Part shown: in pieces, positions 19,358-30,538 of the stretch | Numbering within the stretch: the stretch's first letter is position 1 | Layout of the letters: every line of letters begins with the position of its first letter | Assembly: GCA_026705025.1 (NCBI GenBank) | Contig: JAPPBN010000046.1 | Span: 4,031 to 68,030 of the forward strand | Direction of reading: 5' to 3' | DNA from: Chloroflexota bacterium | GTDB lineage: Bacteria > Chloroflexota > Dehalococcoidia > Bin125 | DNA length: 64,000 nucleotides | Made by a program: the position numbers and the translations under genes | The notes under the pieces: model-generated | Databases searched by the model: none | What the model was told of the DNA's origin: nothing | Seen by the model: only the letters and a program-made list of their open reading frames with translations

Positions 19358-19392
19358 GCCCTCACCCTGACCCTCTCCCCGAGGGAGAGGGA
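19358..19392 (+). repeat. REP-like palindromic repeat
   Basis: gccctcaccctgaccctctccccgagggagaggga. Confidence 0.8.
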
Positions 19393-19434
19393 ACCAGAGG
19401 GATCGCAGCCTGGGTCAGGGCAGGACCGACGCTG

Positions 19435-20457
19435 ATGGCATTGCTGTGGCTTCAGTTCGTCGCGTCCGCCGTTCTGATTCTGCTCGCCGCCCACTTCCTC
19501 GCCAGCTCGGCCGACACCGTCGCCGAACGTACCGGGCTGGGCCGTTCCTTCATCGGCGTGGTCATGCTCGCCACGGCGACGTCGCTGCCCGAGCTCGCCA
19601 CCGGAATCAGTGCCATCGCCTGGCTCGACGCGCCCGACCTCGCCATCGGTGACGCCTTCGGCAGCAACCTCTTCAACCTGCTGATCATCGGCCTGGCCGA
19701 TCTCTACTGGCAGAACGGTCCCGTCCTCAACGCCGTCACGAGGACCTCGGTCATGATCGGCGCCCTGGGAGCCGGGTTGATCGGCCTCGCCACGCTGGCA
19801 ATCTTCGTCTACAGCGCCACCGACCTCACCTCAGACTGGTACCTCAGCCCGTTCACGATCGTGCTCATCCTCGGGTTCATCGCTGCGATGTTCCTCATCT
19901 ATCGCCATGACCGACAAATGCAGGAAGCAGCCGAGACGACCGAACCGGGTCCGCAACCCGAAACTGGTCGAACGCACCAGTCGCTGTCGAGAGCCCTCCT
20001 GATCTACACCCTCTCTGCCGCAGTCGTCGTGGCGGCCGCCGTCTGGCTCTCCAACACCGGCGAACAGATCGCCGAGACCATGCACTGGGAAGAGAGCTTC
20101 GTCGGCACCCAGTTCCTTGCAATCAGCACATCGTTGCCCGAGATCGGTACATCCTTCGCCGCCCTGCGGCTCAACGCACCCGACCTGGCAATCACCAATG
20201 TCCTGGGCAGCAATGTGTTCAACATGGGAATCGTGCTCTTCTTCGACGACATCGCCTTCACCGATGGCGCCATCTGGTCGGCCGTCTCGACGGTGCACAT
20301 CATTTCCGGTTTGATTGCCCTGCTGATGACGATGATCGTCATCGTCGGGATCATGACCAGACCCAGGCAACGAATCAGAAACCTGTGGACGCCGGAAGGA
20401 GGGTTGCTCGTCGGCGGATACGCCGGCGCCAGCGCCCTGCTCTTCTTTCTCGCCTGA
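19435..20457 (+). CDS. Sodium:calcium (CaCA family) antiporter
   Basis: Two alpha repeats, ATSLPE...GSNLFN and STSLPE...GSNVFN. Confidence 0.93.
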   Translation: MALLWLQFVASAVLILLAAHFLASSADTVAERTGLGRSFIGVVMLATATSLPELATGISAIAWLDAPDLAIGDAFGSNLFNLLIIGLADLYWQNGPVLNAVTRTSVMIGALGAGLIGLATLAIFVYSATDLTSDWYLSPFTIVLILGFIAAMFLIYRHDRQMQEAAETTEPGPQPETGRTHQSLSRALLIYTLSAAVVVAAAVWLSNTGEQIAETMHWEESFVGTQFLAISTSLPEIGTSFAALRLNAPDLAITNVLGSNVFNMGIVLFFDDIAFTDGAIWSAVSTVHIISGLIALLMTMIVIVGIMTRPRQRIRNLWTPEGGLLVGGYAGASALLFFLA

Positions 20458-20484
20458 CGCTCAGGCTCGGAGACTCTGAGTTCG

Positions 20485-21579
20485 CTACTCTTCCGGCCCC
20501 GGTCCGATCGCAGCGCGGCGCGCTCGCTTCCGCGATGCATAGCGTCCGGTCCCTGTGTAGAAGTCGAGCAGCGAGACGGCAATCGCCGTCAACGGCACCG
20601 CCACGAACGCTCCCATGATCCCCCACAGAGCCCCGCCCGTGGCGACCGCCAGAATGACCAGCATCGGGTGCAATGAGATTGACCGCCCCAGGATGAACGG
20701 CGCCATCACGTTGCCCTCGATCTGCTGAACCGCGAGCACCAGCCCGCCAACGATCAATGCGGCCGTCACACCCTCGGTTGCCAGCGCAATCAGGAACGCC
20801 GCGAGTCCGGCCAGGACCGCGCCCAGCACGGGAATGAACGCCCCGAAGAACGTCAACACGGCCAGCGGCAAGGCGAACGGGATGCCGATGATCACCAGGC
20901 CGACGCCGATCAACAGAGCGTCCATGAAGGCCACGATCGTGACCCCGCGGAAATACTTGCCCAGGGTGTCGAACAGGCCCGAAGACAACACCAGGAAATT
21001 GCGCCGGCGATCGGGGCCGAGCCGCCTGGCAATGCTGCGCTGCATCGATTCGGCGTCCTTGACCAGCAGAAACGTCAGCACCGCTAGCAAGATGATTCCG
21101 GCAAGCAGTTCGGCGGCGATCCGAACGCCGGAGAAGACTCCTCCGGCAATCGTGTCGGCGTTGCCCCGGGCGCTTTCTAGCACGTCGTCAATCGCCTCGT
21201 CGACCTGTTCATCCGAGACACCGGCCCAGTCGCCGATCGACTGAAGTACCTCGGTGAATCCCGCTTCGATGTCAACTTCGAGGTCCGCGAACTCAGATGT
21301 GAGCGTCGTAATCGTGAAGTATCCAATCACGCCCAACACCGCGAGACCGCTGATCACCACCGCAATCGCCGCGACCGCGTTGTTGACGCCCCGGCGGGTG
21401 AGCAGGTGTTTCGCCGGCAGCAGCGCTGCGGACAGAATCAACGCGGCCAGCAAGGGCAGGAAGATGAGCCGCAGACGATCGATCGCCAGGCCAAGCAGAA
21501 TCAGGAACCCGGCAACGAACACGACGCGCAGGGCCAGCTCCGAAACAGTCTGAAGCCAACGCGGCGAGAGCGAACTCAT
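20485..21579 (-). CDS. AI-2E family transporter
   Basis: FIPVLGA, QQIEGNVMAP, LHP and GAFVAVP motifs. Confidence 0.92.
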   Translation of the reverse strand: MSSLSPRWLQTVSELALRVVFVAGFLILLGLAIDRLRLIFLPLLAALILSAALLPAKHLLTRRGVNNAVAAIAVVISGLAVLGVIGYFTITTLTSEFADLEVDIEAGFTEVLQSIGDWAGVSDEQVDEAIDDVLESARGNADTIAGGVFSGVRIAAELLAGIILLAVLTFLLVKDAESMQRSIARRLGPDRRRNFLVLSSGLFDTLGKYFRGVTIVAFMDALLIGVGLVIIGIPFALPLAVLTFFGAFIPVLGAVLAGLAAFLIALATEGVTAALIVGGLVLAVQQIEGNVMAPFILGRSISLHPMLVILAVATGGALWGIMGAFVAVPLTAIAVSLLDFYTGTGRYASRKRARRAAIGPGPEE

Positions 21580-21616
21580 GGGCCGAACCAACGAATACGG
21601 GCCAACGGTGCGCCAA

Positions 21617-21820
21617 TCATAGTGCCGGGGTAGTCGCTGATTGATCGCTGTTCGGATCGAATCCGTCGCAATGCCGGACCGGCAACGCCGGATACCTAGG
21701 GAACCGAGGGTCTACGTCTGCTCGCCCACAGCGGAGGTAGGTCGATCCCCGCCGAGTCGGTACCAGGCGCGCAAACTGACATTCGCTGCACAGCCCCAGT
21801 TGCTGACTGGAAAGTGTCAC
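21617..21820 (-). CDS. Small Cys-rich putative metal-binding protein
   Basis: GLCSEC...RGSTYLRC...DPRFPRYP.LPV..CDGF; four Cys; start uncertain. Confidence 0.7.
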   Translation of the reverse strand: MTLSSQQLGLCSECQFARLVPTRRGSTYLRCGRADVDPRFPRYPALPVRHCDGFDPNSDQSATTPAL

Positions 21821-21951
21821 AGGCGCTGCTTTCTGAGGCGGACTTGATTGAAGCCGCGCGACGCGGCTGCATAGCATAGATTCAACGTTCGGCAATCGCG
21901 CACCCGGCCACTGGCGTAGATGGTGTGCCTTGGATCAGAGATTGATTCAGG

Positions 21952-22710
21952 ATGCGACTGACAGTACTTGGTTCCGGGGCGGCGTGTGCCGGTGGGGGCG
22001 GCAACAGCTCGGGATATCTGGTCGAGGATGCGGGCGTCCAGATCCTGCTGGATTGTGGTCACGGAGTGGCCAGCTCGCTCGTCGCCATGATGTCTGCCGA
22101 CGAGATTGACCATATCTTCGTCTCTCACATGCACGCCGATCACTTTATCGACCTGCTGCCGCTGCGCTTCGCTGTCACCAAGGAAATGGACGGCCGGTCA
22201 CCGCCCCGCGGATGGCTGCATCTCCCTCCCGGAGGTCGCGATGCGCTATCCCGGATTCTCGCCGCCGTCAGCTTCCCAGCCGACTTCTTCGACAATGTCT
22301 GGCAGATCCAGGAGTATCGATCTGGTGAGACATACGAACTCTCCACCGGACTGCAGGTGCGACTCGCCGGCGGGGTGCACTACATCCCCGGCTGGGCGAT
22401 TCGGATCGACGGCACCCGCAGCCTGACCTACACCGGCGACACCGCCCCCTCACTCGCGATCTGCGATCTGGCCCGCGGCTCCGATCTCCTCCTCGCCGAG
22501 GCGACCCTGGATGAACCGGAGGTCGGTCCTGTGCAGGGCCACCTGACCGCGACCCAGGCGGCCGAACTGGCCGAGGCGGCCGCAGTACGGCAATTGATGC
22601 TGACTCACTTCTGGCACGACGCCGACCGCGATCTTGCCGCTCGATCCGCTCGAAGTGTCCTGGGCTGCGATGTAGCGATCGCGTACGACGGCGCGGTGCT
22701 GGACCTGTAG
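21952..22710 (+). CDS. MBL-fold metallo-hydrolase (RNase Z/YhfI-like)
   Basis: LTVLGSG, LLDCG, SHMHADH, YTGDT, GHLT and LTH motifs. Confidence 0.93.
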   Translation: MRLTVLGSGAACAGGGGNSSGYLVEDAGVQILLDCGHGVASSLVAMMSADEIDHIFVSHMHADHFIDLLPLRFAVTKEMDGRSPPRGWLHLPPGGRDALSRILAAVSFPADFFDNVWQIQEYRSGETYELSTGLQVRLAGGVHYIPGWAIRIDGTRSLTYTGDTAPSLAICDLARGSDLLLAEATLDEPEVGPVQGHLTATQAAELAEAAAVRQLMLTHFWHDADRDLAARSARSVLGCDVAIAYDGAVLDL

Positions 22711-22825
22711 GCTGACCAGCTTCGCGGTACGACTGAGCGACCGACATCAAATCACTCTGCACTGTTCGACACTGGGGCCCGGACCTGGGGACGGTGTAGA
22801 GGACCGGTGACGGTAAGCTACACAC

Positions 22826-23632
22826 GTGCAATCCGGAGCGCCCGCGATCCGCGGGGAGAATCTGACTGTCAGCATCGACGACCAGACGCTGCTCGAACGC
22901 GTCAGCGTGGGCGTGCACGGCGGCGAACTGCTGGGCATCGTCGGACCGAACGGCGCCGGTAAGACCACGCTGTTGCGCGCATTGTCCGGCGATCTGGAAC
23001 TGTCCGAAGGAGCGGTCTACATCGATGATCGTCCATTGAGCGATTTCGATTCGCGCGAGCTGGCACGCCGCCGCGCGGTGATGCCGCAAAGCTCGTATCT
23101 GCCCTTCCTCTTCACCGCCCGCGAAGTCGTTCGCATGGGCCGCGCGCCCTGGGAGGGCGAGCGGGGCGAACGCGAGCACGGCGCCAAACTGACCGACTAC
23201 GCCATGGGTCTGACCGACACGCAGGAATACGCTATCCGCGCCTACCCGACGCTGTCCGGCGGCGAACAGTCGCGCGTCACCCTGGCACGCGTACTGGCCC
23301 AGGAAACGCCGATCTTGCTGATCGACGAGCCCACGGCGCACCTGGACCTACGCCACCAACATCTGGTGTTGCAACTGGCCCGGGAGCTCGCGTCGGAAGG
23401 CGCAGCGGTCGTCGCCGTGCTGCACGATCTCAACCTGGCGACAATGTATGTCGACACCGCCCTGGTCCTGCACCGCGGCAAGCTGGTGGCCTCGGGTCCT
23501 GTCGAGACGGCACTGCATCCTGATCTCCTCGGTCCGGTCTTTGGGCTTGAGTTCGTGCATCAACCGCATCCAGACCTCGATCGACCAATGCTGGTGCCCT
23601 TGCCCTCGACCGTTTCGCACGAACGAGGCTGA
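22826..23632 (+). CDS. hmuV: Heme/iron-chelate ABC transporter ATP-binding protein (HmuV-like)
   Basis: GPNGAGKT, LARRRAVMPQ, LSGGEQSRVTLARVLAQ, DEPTAHLD and VLHDLN. Confidence 0.85.
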   Translation: MQSGAPAIRGENLTVSIDDQTLLERVSVGVHGGELLGIVGPNGAGKTTLLRALSGDLELSEGAVYIDDRPLSDFDSRELARRRAVMPQSSYLPFLFTAREVVRMGRAPWEGERGEREHGAKLTDYAMGLTDTQEYAIRAYPTLSGGEQSRVTLARVLAQETPILLIDEPTAHLDLRHQHLVLQLARELASEGAAVVAVLHDLNLATMYVDTALVLHRGKLVASGPVETALHPDLLGPVFGLEFVHQPHPDLDRPMLVPLPSTVSHERG

Positions 23633-23819
23633 CGTCTGCCCACCCGATGAGCTTGCGTCACAGACGACAGACGACGCAGCGCTCTGCCAAAACAGCAGAG
23701 GAATTTCAGTGATTTGTGCATTTTTGCTTGTGGTTAGCGATAAACTCAGAAGTGCCACTCCATAGTCGGCGCACCATGGCATGTTCAGCCGGCTTGCAGA
23801 GTGGGGACGGGAGGCCCGG

Positions 23820-24467
23820 ATGCGGCCACGAGAAACTCGTACGAGTCTGCTGGAGCGCGTAGTCGAGCTCGGTGGGGCGACGGTCGCTCAGCTATCGAAT
23901 GAGCTTGATATCTCAGACGCGACGGTCCGCCGGCACCTGGATCGGCTCGAAGCCGAAGGACTGCTCCAGATCGAAGCGCTGCGGCGCGGACCAGGCCGAC
24001 CCTCATACCTCTATCGAGCAACCGACGCCGGCGTCAGGACAGTACGCGACCATACGCCGGAGTTGGCCGAACGCTTGCTGAGCGAAATGGTCCGCTTGCA
24101 GATTGAGCAATCGACAATCTCTGAGGCCCTCGCCGACCAGGTCGCCGATGCGCATCGCTCCGAGGTACCAAGCGGGTCGCTCGAGCAGCGCGTCAACGCT
24201 GTGGTTGACGCCTTGCGCCCTGAAGGGATTCTCGACCACTGGCAGCGGACCGAGAGCGAGCTGCAACTGGTCAACAATGCATGCCCGTACATCGGTGCGG
24301 CGAACACGAGCTCCTGCGTGTGCGATGCCGACCGCCTCGCAATCGAAAAACTCCTCGGCGTCGAGGTGGAACAGACCGAGAGGCTGGCCACGGGCGACGA
24401 CGGATGCGTCTATATCATCCCGCTGGAGCCGATTTCCCTCGATGCAGAATTCAAACACGCCGTCTAG
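23820..24467 (+). CDS. sufR: SufR-like Fe-S-sensing HTH transcriptional regulator
   Basis: N-terminal wHTH (TVRRHL...GRP); C-terminal CP..C..C ligands; directly upstream of sufC. Confidence 0.8.
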   Translation: MRPRETRTSLLERVVELGGATVAQLSNELDISDATVRRHLDRLEAEGLLQIEALRRGPGRPSYLYRATDAGVRTVRDHTPELAERLLSEMVRLQIEQSTISEALADQVADAHRSEVPSGSLEQRVNAVVDALRPEGILDHWQRTESELQLVNNACPYIGAANTSSCVCDADRLAIEKLLGVEVEQTERLATGDDGCVYIIPLEPISLDAEFKHAV

Positions 24468-24527
24468 CTCGGGCCGCAACGCCCACAGCTGGGACGGTGC
24501 TCCCGGACAACAGAAAGCACCCGGTGA

Positions 24528-25291
24528 ATGACATCACCACTGTTCGAGATCGATGCGCTGGAAGTCGCGGTTGAAGACAAGCAGATCGTGAACGGTCTGT
24601 CGCTGACCCTGCGCCCCGGTGAGGTGCACGCGATCATGGGTCCCAACGGATCCGGCAAGAGCACGCTGGCCAATTCGCTCATGGGCCATCCGCGTTACAC
24701 GATCAACGGCGGCGACATTCGGCTGTCCGGTCAAAGCGTGATCGAGATGGCGCCGGACGAGCGCGCCCGCGCCGGACTGTTTCTCGCCTTCCAGTACCCC
24801 ACCGACATTCCCGGCGTGTCGATGATCAACTTCCTGCGCCGCTCGATGAGCGCGCGGCGAGGCGAAGAGATTCCGGTGCGGGAGTTCCGCCAGGTGCTCA
24901 ACGATGTCCTCGGCCGCCTGCAGATGGACGAACAGTTCGTCCGCCGCTATGTCAACGACGGATTCTCCGGCGGCGAGAAGAAGCGCGCTGAGATTCTCCA
25001 GCTGGGATTGCTCCAGCCACGTGTCGCGGTGATGGACGAAACGGACTCCGGCCTCGATATCGATGCGCTCAGAATCGTCAGCGAAGGAATCAATACCTTC
25101 CATTCGGACCAGAACGCGATTCTGCTGATTACCCATTACCAGCGCATCCTGCGCTACGTCCAGCCAGACCATGTCCATGTCCTGATCGATGGCCGAATCG
25201 TCGAGTCAGGCGATGCCAGCTTGGCCGAGCGGCTCGAGCGGGACGGCTACGAACCGTTCATGGAACAGACCAAAGAGGGGGTCTTGAGCTC

Positions 25292-25295
<4 letters not shown>
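24528..25295 (+). CDS. sufC: Fe-S assembly ATPase SufC
   Basis: [37 protein letters not shown]. Confidence 0.98.
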
Positions 25296-26707
<1,412 letters not shown>

Positions 26708-26764
26708 CCCCGCCGAACCTGCCGCCGCTTCGATCCGGGCCGCCGTGCCTGCGAGGGGTGGGCG

Positions 26765-28126
26765 ATGACGCAAGCAACGCTGGAGGCCCCGGCGGACGCA
26801 GAGATCAAGCCGGACGAGCTGCGCGCTCAAGTCGCAGAGCTCAGTCGTACCAAGGGCGAGCCCGACTGGTTGCTCGCCTTCCGTCTCGCCAGTCTCGAGC
26901 AAGCTCTGGGCATGGAGTGGTGGACCGGCCAGGAAGAATCCTGGCGTCGCACGCCGCGCGAGCGCCTGCCACGACGCGCGCGCGTAGGACGGGTAGCCGG
27001 CGGATCAAATGGCACCGCGGTGACCGTGCCTCAGCATGTGTTTACCCCACATGCCCACGCCGGCTTGGTGCATCAGATCGACGGCCGGGTCGCCGCCTCC
27101 GACCTCGCCGATCAGGCTCGCGCCCAGGGCGTGATCGTCAAGCCCCTCGCAGCCGCCGCACGGGAGAACGCTGATCTGATCCAGCGATGGCTCGGCGCCG
27201 TCGGACCGCCCGCCGATCGTTACGATGCCTTCGGTCGCGCGCTCTGGACCCAGGGTGTCTTTGTCTACGCGCCCAGAGGTGCGGTCGTCGACGAGTCGTT
27301 GTTCTACCTGATCACGCAGGATGTCGCGCAGGGCGACCACTGGCACTACACCCTGGTCGTGGCCGAGCGGGAATCGCAGGTCTCGTTGATCGATGGCGGC
27401 GACGCCGACGATCGTCGGGCCAATCTGGAAGAATCGCCATTGATCCATGCGTCCGTAGAGCTGATTGCCGAGGATGGAGCCAATCTCCAGTTTGCCTCGG
27501 TCCAACGCTGGCATCGCCAGAGCGCTGCCATCTCCACGACCCGGGGACGCGTCGGCCGCGACGCCTCGCTTCGCGTGACCACGGCGGCCTTCGGCGCAGA
27601 CCTGGACAAGCAACGGATCGATCTGGACCTGTCCCAGAGCGGTGGGTTCGCCGAAATCCGCGGACTCTTTGTCGGCGACGGCAAGCAACACATCGAACAT
27701 GTCACCCGGCAGCATCACAAAGGAGTCGGGGCGACGAGTGATCTGCTCATTCGCGGCGTATTGACCGACGAATCGCAAGCCGTCCAATACGGCCTGATCC
27801 GGATTGAGCCTGAAGGCCAGAAGACCAGCGCCCATCAGACGATGCGCAATCTCCTGCTCGACGACGGCGCCGGCGCCGACCCGATTCCGATGCTGGAGAT
27901 CGAGGCGGACGATGTGAAATGCTCGCACGCCGCCGCAGTCGGTCCCGTTGACCCGGATCAACTCTTCTATCTCCAGGCGCGCGGCATCCCGCCCAACATC
28001 GCCGAGCGGATGGTGGTCCGCGGATTCCTCTCCGAAATCGCCGATGGCGTGCCGGATGAGCACATGCGCGAGGTGATCGACGAACTGGTCGAGATTCAGC
28101 TCGAGCCTGCGAAGGCAACGACATGA
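26765..28126 (+). CDS. sufD: Fe-S assembly protein SufD
   Basis: LEIEADDVKCSH, QLFYLQARGI. Confidence 0.95.
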   Translation: MTQATLEAPADAEIKPDELRAQVAELSRTKGEPDWLLAFRLASLEQALGMEWWTGQEESWRRTPRERLPRRARVGRVAGGSNGTAVTVPQHVFTPHAHAGLVHQIDGRVAASDLADQARAQGVIVKPLAAAARENADLIQRWLGAVGPPADRYDAFGRALWTQGVFVYAPRGAVVDESLFYLITQDVAQGDHWHYTLVVAERESQVSLIDGGDADDRRANLEESPLIHASVELIAEDGANLQFASVQRWHRQSAAISTTRGRVGRDASLRVTTAAFGADLDKQRIDLDLSQSGGFAEIRGLFVGDGKQHIEHVTRQHHKGVGATSDLLIRGVLTDESQAVQYGLIRIEPEGQKTSAHQTMRNLLLDDGAGADPIPMLEIEADDVKCSHAAAVGPVDPDQLFYLQARGIPPNIAERMVVRGFLSEIADGVPDEHMREVIDELVEIQLEPAKATT

Positions 28127-28434
28127 GTATCGAACAGGTCGGAAATCTTGACGAAATCATGCCGGGCACGGCGCGAGTCGTCGAGGTTGGCGGACAGAGC
28201 ATCGCCCTCTGCCGGGTCGAGGACGGCGAACTGTACGCCATCGAGAATCGCTGCACCCACGACGACGGACCGCTCGGCGAGGGCGAGCTGGAAGGCGACC
28301 GGATCGAGTGTCCGCGTCACGGCGCGTTGTTCGATGTGACCACCGGTCGAGCCGTCACCCTGCCCGCGATCGGCAGGGTTCGCTGCTTCGCCGTGTCCGT
28401 CAGCGACGGTCGGGTCCAGGTCGAAGTTGACTGA
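28123..28434 (+). CDS. Rieske-type [2Fe-2S] ferredoxin
   Basis: CTH...CPRHG Rieske ligands. Confidence 0.95.
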   Translation: MSIEQVGNLDEIMPGTARVVEVGGQSIALCRVEDGELYAIENRCTHDDGPLGEGELEGDRIECPRHGALFDVTTGRAVTLPAIGRVRCFAVSVSDGRVQVEVD

Positions 28435-28435
28435 A

Positions 28436-29686
28436 ATGACAGCCGCTGCCCCGCTCGACACCGCGGCGATCCGCGAGCAGTTTCCAATCCTCGCTCGCGA
28501 GGTTCACGGCCGGCCCCTGGTCTATCTCGACAACGCGGCGACAACGCAGAAGCCGCAGTCGGTGATCGACGCGCTCTCCCACTACTACTCAACCATGAAC
28601 GCCAACATCCATCGCGGCCTCCACACGTTGGCCGAAGAGGCGACCGCCGCCTACGAAGATGTGCGCAAGCAGGTCGCCGACTTCATCGGAGCCGGAAGCC
28701 ACCGCGAGGTCGTGTTCACCCGCAACACGACCGAATCCCTGAACCTGCTCGCCTATACGCTCGGCTCCCGCTTGCGACCGGGCGACGAGATCGTCCTGAC
28801 GACCGCTGAGCATCATTCCAACCTCGTTCCCTGGCAATTGGTCACGCAGCGGACCGGCGCCGTCCTCCGCTTTATCGAACTCAACGACGATCAGCAGGTT
28901 GACGTCGACACCGCCCGAGCCGCGATTAACGCCAACACCCGGATCGTTTCGATCGTGCACATGTCCAACGTGCTCGGCAGCGTCGCGCCTGTGGCCGAAA
29001 TCTCCGAAATGGCCCGCTCCGTCGGCGCCACCATGATTGTCGACGCCGCCCAGAGCGCTCCGCACATGCCCGTGGACGTCTCGCAGCTTGGTGCCGATTA
29101 CCTGGCCTTCTCCGCCCACAAAATGCTCGGACCGACCGGCGTCGGCGTGCTCTGGGGACGGCAGGAACTCCTCGCCGACCTTGATCCGTTCCTCGGGGGC
29201 GGCGAGATGATCAGCGTCGTCACCCGCGAAGAATCGTCCTGGGCTGCCCTCCCGCACAAGTTCGAGGCCGGCACGCCCAACATCGCCGACGTCGTCGCCT
29301 TTGGCGCAGCGCTCGACTTCCTCAACGATGTCGGCATGGACGCGATCGCTGCTCACGACGCTGACCTGACTCACTACGCCGTCGAGCGGCTGTCGCGGCT
29401 CGAGGGCTTGGACATCTATGGACCCTCCGATCCCGCCGAGCGCTCGGCCGTGATCGCCTTCAACTACCGCGATATCCACTCCCACGACGTCGCCACGATT
29501 CTCGACCGTTCCGGCATCGCGATTCGGGCCGGACACCACTGCGCTCAACCCTTGATGCGTACGCTTGAAGTGCCGGCGACCGCGCGAGCGTCGTTCTATC
29601 TCTACAACGAACGCTCGGAAGTGGACGCCCTCGTCGATGGACTGTTGGAAGCAGGCGAGCGCTTTGGGTTCGAGCGAGGAGTGTAG
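28436..29686 (+). CDS. sufS: Cysteine desulfurase SufS
   Basis: YLDNAATTQKP, FSAHK, RAGHHCAQP. Confidence 0.97.
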   Translation: MTAAAPLDTAAIREQFPILAREVHGRPLVYLDNAATTQKPQSVIDALSHYYSTMNANIHRGLHTLAEEATAAYEDVRKQVADFIGAGSHREVVFTRNTTESLNLLAYTLGSRLRPGDEIVLTTAEHHSNLVPWQLVTQRTGAVLRFIELNDDQQVDVDTARAAINANTRIVSIVHMSNVLGSVAPVAEISEMARSVGATMIVDAAQSAPHMPVDVSQLGADYLAFSAHKMLGPTGVGVLWGRQELLADLDPFLGGGEMISVVTREESSWAALPHKFEAGTPNIADVVAFGAALDFLNDVGMDAIAAHDADLTHYAVERLSRLEGLDIYGPSDPAERSAVIAFNYRDIHSHDVATILDRSGIAIRAGHHCAQPLMRTLEVPATARASFYLYNERSEVDALVDGLLEAGERFGFERGV

Positions 29687-29688
29687 GG

Positions 29689-30198
29689 ATGACCAGCAGT
29701 CGGGAATCGCAGAACCCTGTTGATCTGGACGATCTGTACAGAGACGTCATCCTCGATCACTACCGCAGTCCCCGCAATCGCGGGGTGCGCGAAGATGCCA
29801 CCATCTCCGCCGAGGGGTTCAACCCGTCCTGCGGTGACGAGATCCAGCTCTCGGTCGCAATCGTCAACCAGACGCTGAACGGACTCGGATTCGGCGGCAG
29901 CGGCTGCTCGATCTCCCAGAGTTCCGCTTCAATGATGACCGAAGCGTTGACCGGTCGGAGCCTCGAATCGGCTCGGGAAATGTCCAGGCATGTCCAGCAA
30001 ATGTTGACCGACGACACCTTCGACCTCGACGCGGTCGACCTCGGCGACCTCGAAGCGCTCTCCGGCGTCGCAAAGTTCCCGGTGCGGATCAAGTGTGGGT
30101 TGCTCGCCTGGAAGGTGCTCGACCAGGCGCTCGCCAACGCTAGTGGTGAAGCGCTCAATGACGACAGCGACATTCCCACCCGCGTCACCAGCGGCTAG
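29689..30198 (+). CDS. sufU: SUF system NifU-family protein SufU
   Basis: NPSCGD, GCSIS, PVRIKC. Confidence 0.95.
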   Translation: MTSSRESQNPVDLDDLYRDVILDHYRSPRNRGVREDATISAEGFNPSCGDEIQLSVAIVNQTLNGLGFGGSGCSISQSSASMMTEALTGRSLESAREMSRHVQQMLTDDTFDLDAVDLGDLEALSGVAKFPVRIKCGLLAWKVLDQALANASGEALNDDSDIPTRVTSG

Positions 30199-30232
30199 AT
30201 TCTGAATACGACTTCAGGGACAGGAGACCGAC

Positions 30233-30538
30233 ATGGCCAGTGAACAGGAAGTGCTCGAAGCGCTGAAGACGGTCTTCGACCCCGAAATCGGGATCAACAT
30301 CGTCGACCTGGGACTTGTCTACGCCATCGAGACGCCGACGGATGACAGCGTCAAGGTCGAGTTCACCCTCACCTCGCCCGCGTGCCCGGTCGGACCGATG
30401 ATCAAGGCCCAGATCGAACAGGCCGCCTCAACCGTCGAAGGCGTTGACCACGTCGAGTCCGAGATCGTCTTCTCCCCACCATGGGATCCCCGCGAAATGT
30501 GCTCCGACGAAGCCAAGTTTGAGTTGGGCATCTTTTAG
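30233..30538 (+). CDS. sufT: Fe-S assembly factor SufT (DUF59)
   Basis: DPEIGINIVDLGLVY, TLTSPACP, PPW. Confidence 0.92.
   Translation: MASEQEVLEALKTVFDPEIGINIVDLGLVYAIETPTDDSVKVEFTLTSPACPVGPMIKAQIEQAASTVEGVDHVESEIVFSPPWDPREMCSDEAKFELGIF

Noticed and set aside
23700-23760. SufR operator and promoter in the AT-rich stretch upstream of sufR
   Set aside because: A regulatory site is likely here, but I could not define a convincing dyad or correctly spaced hexamers
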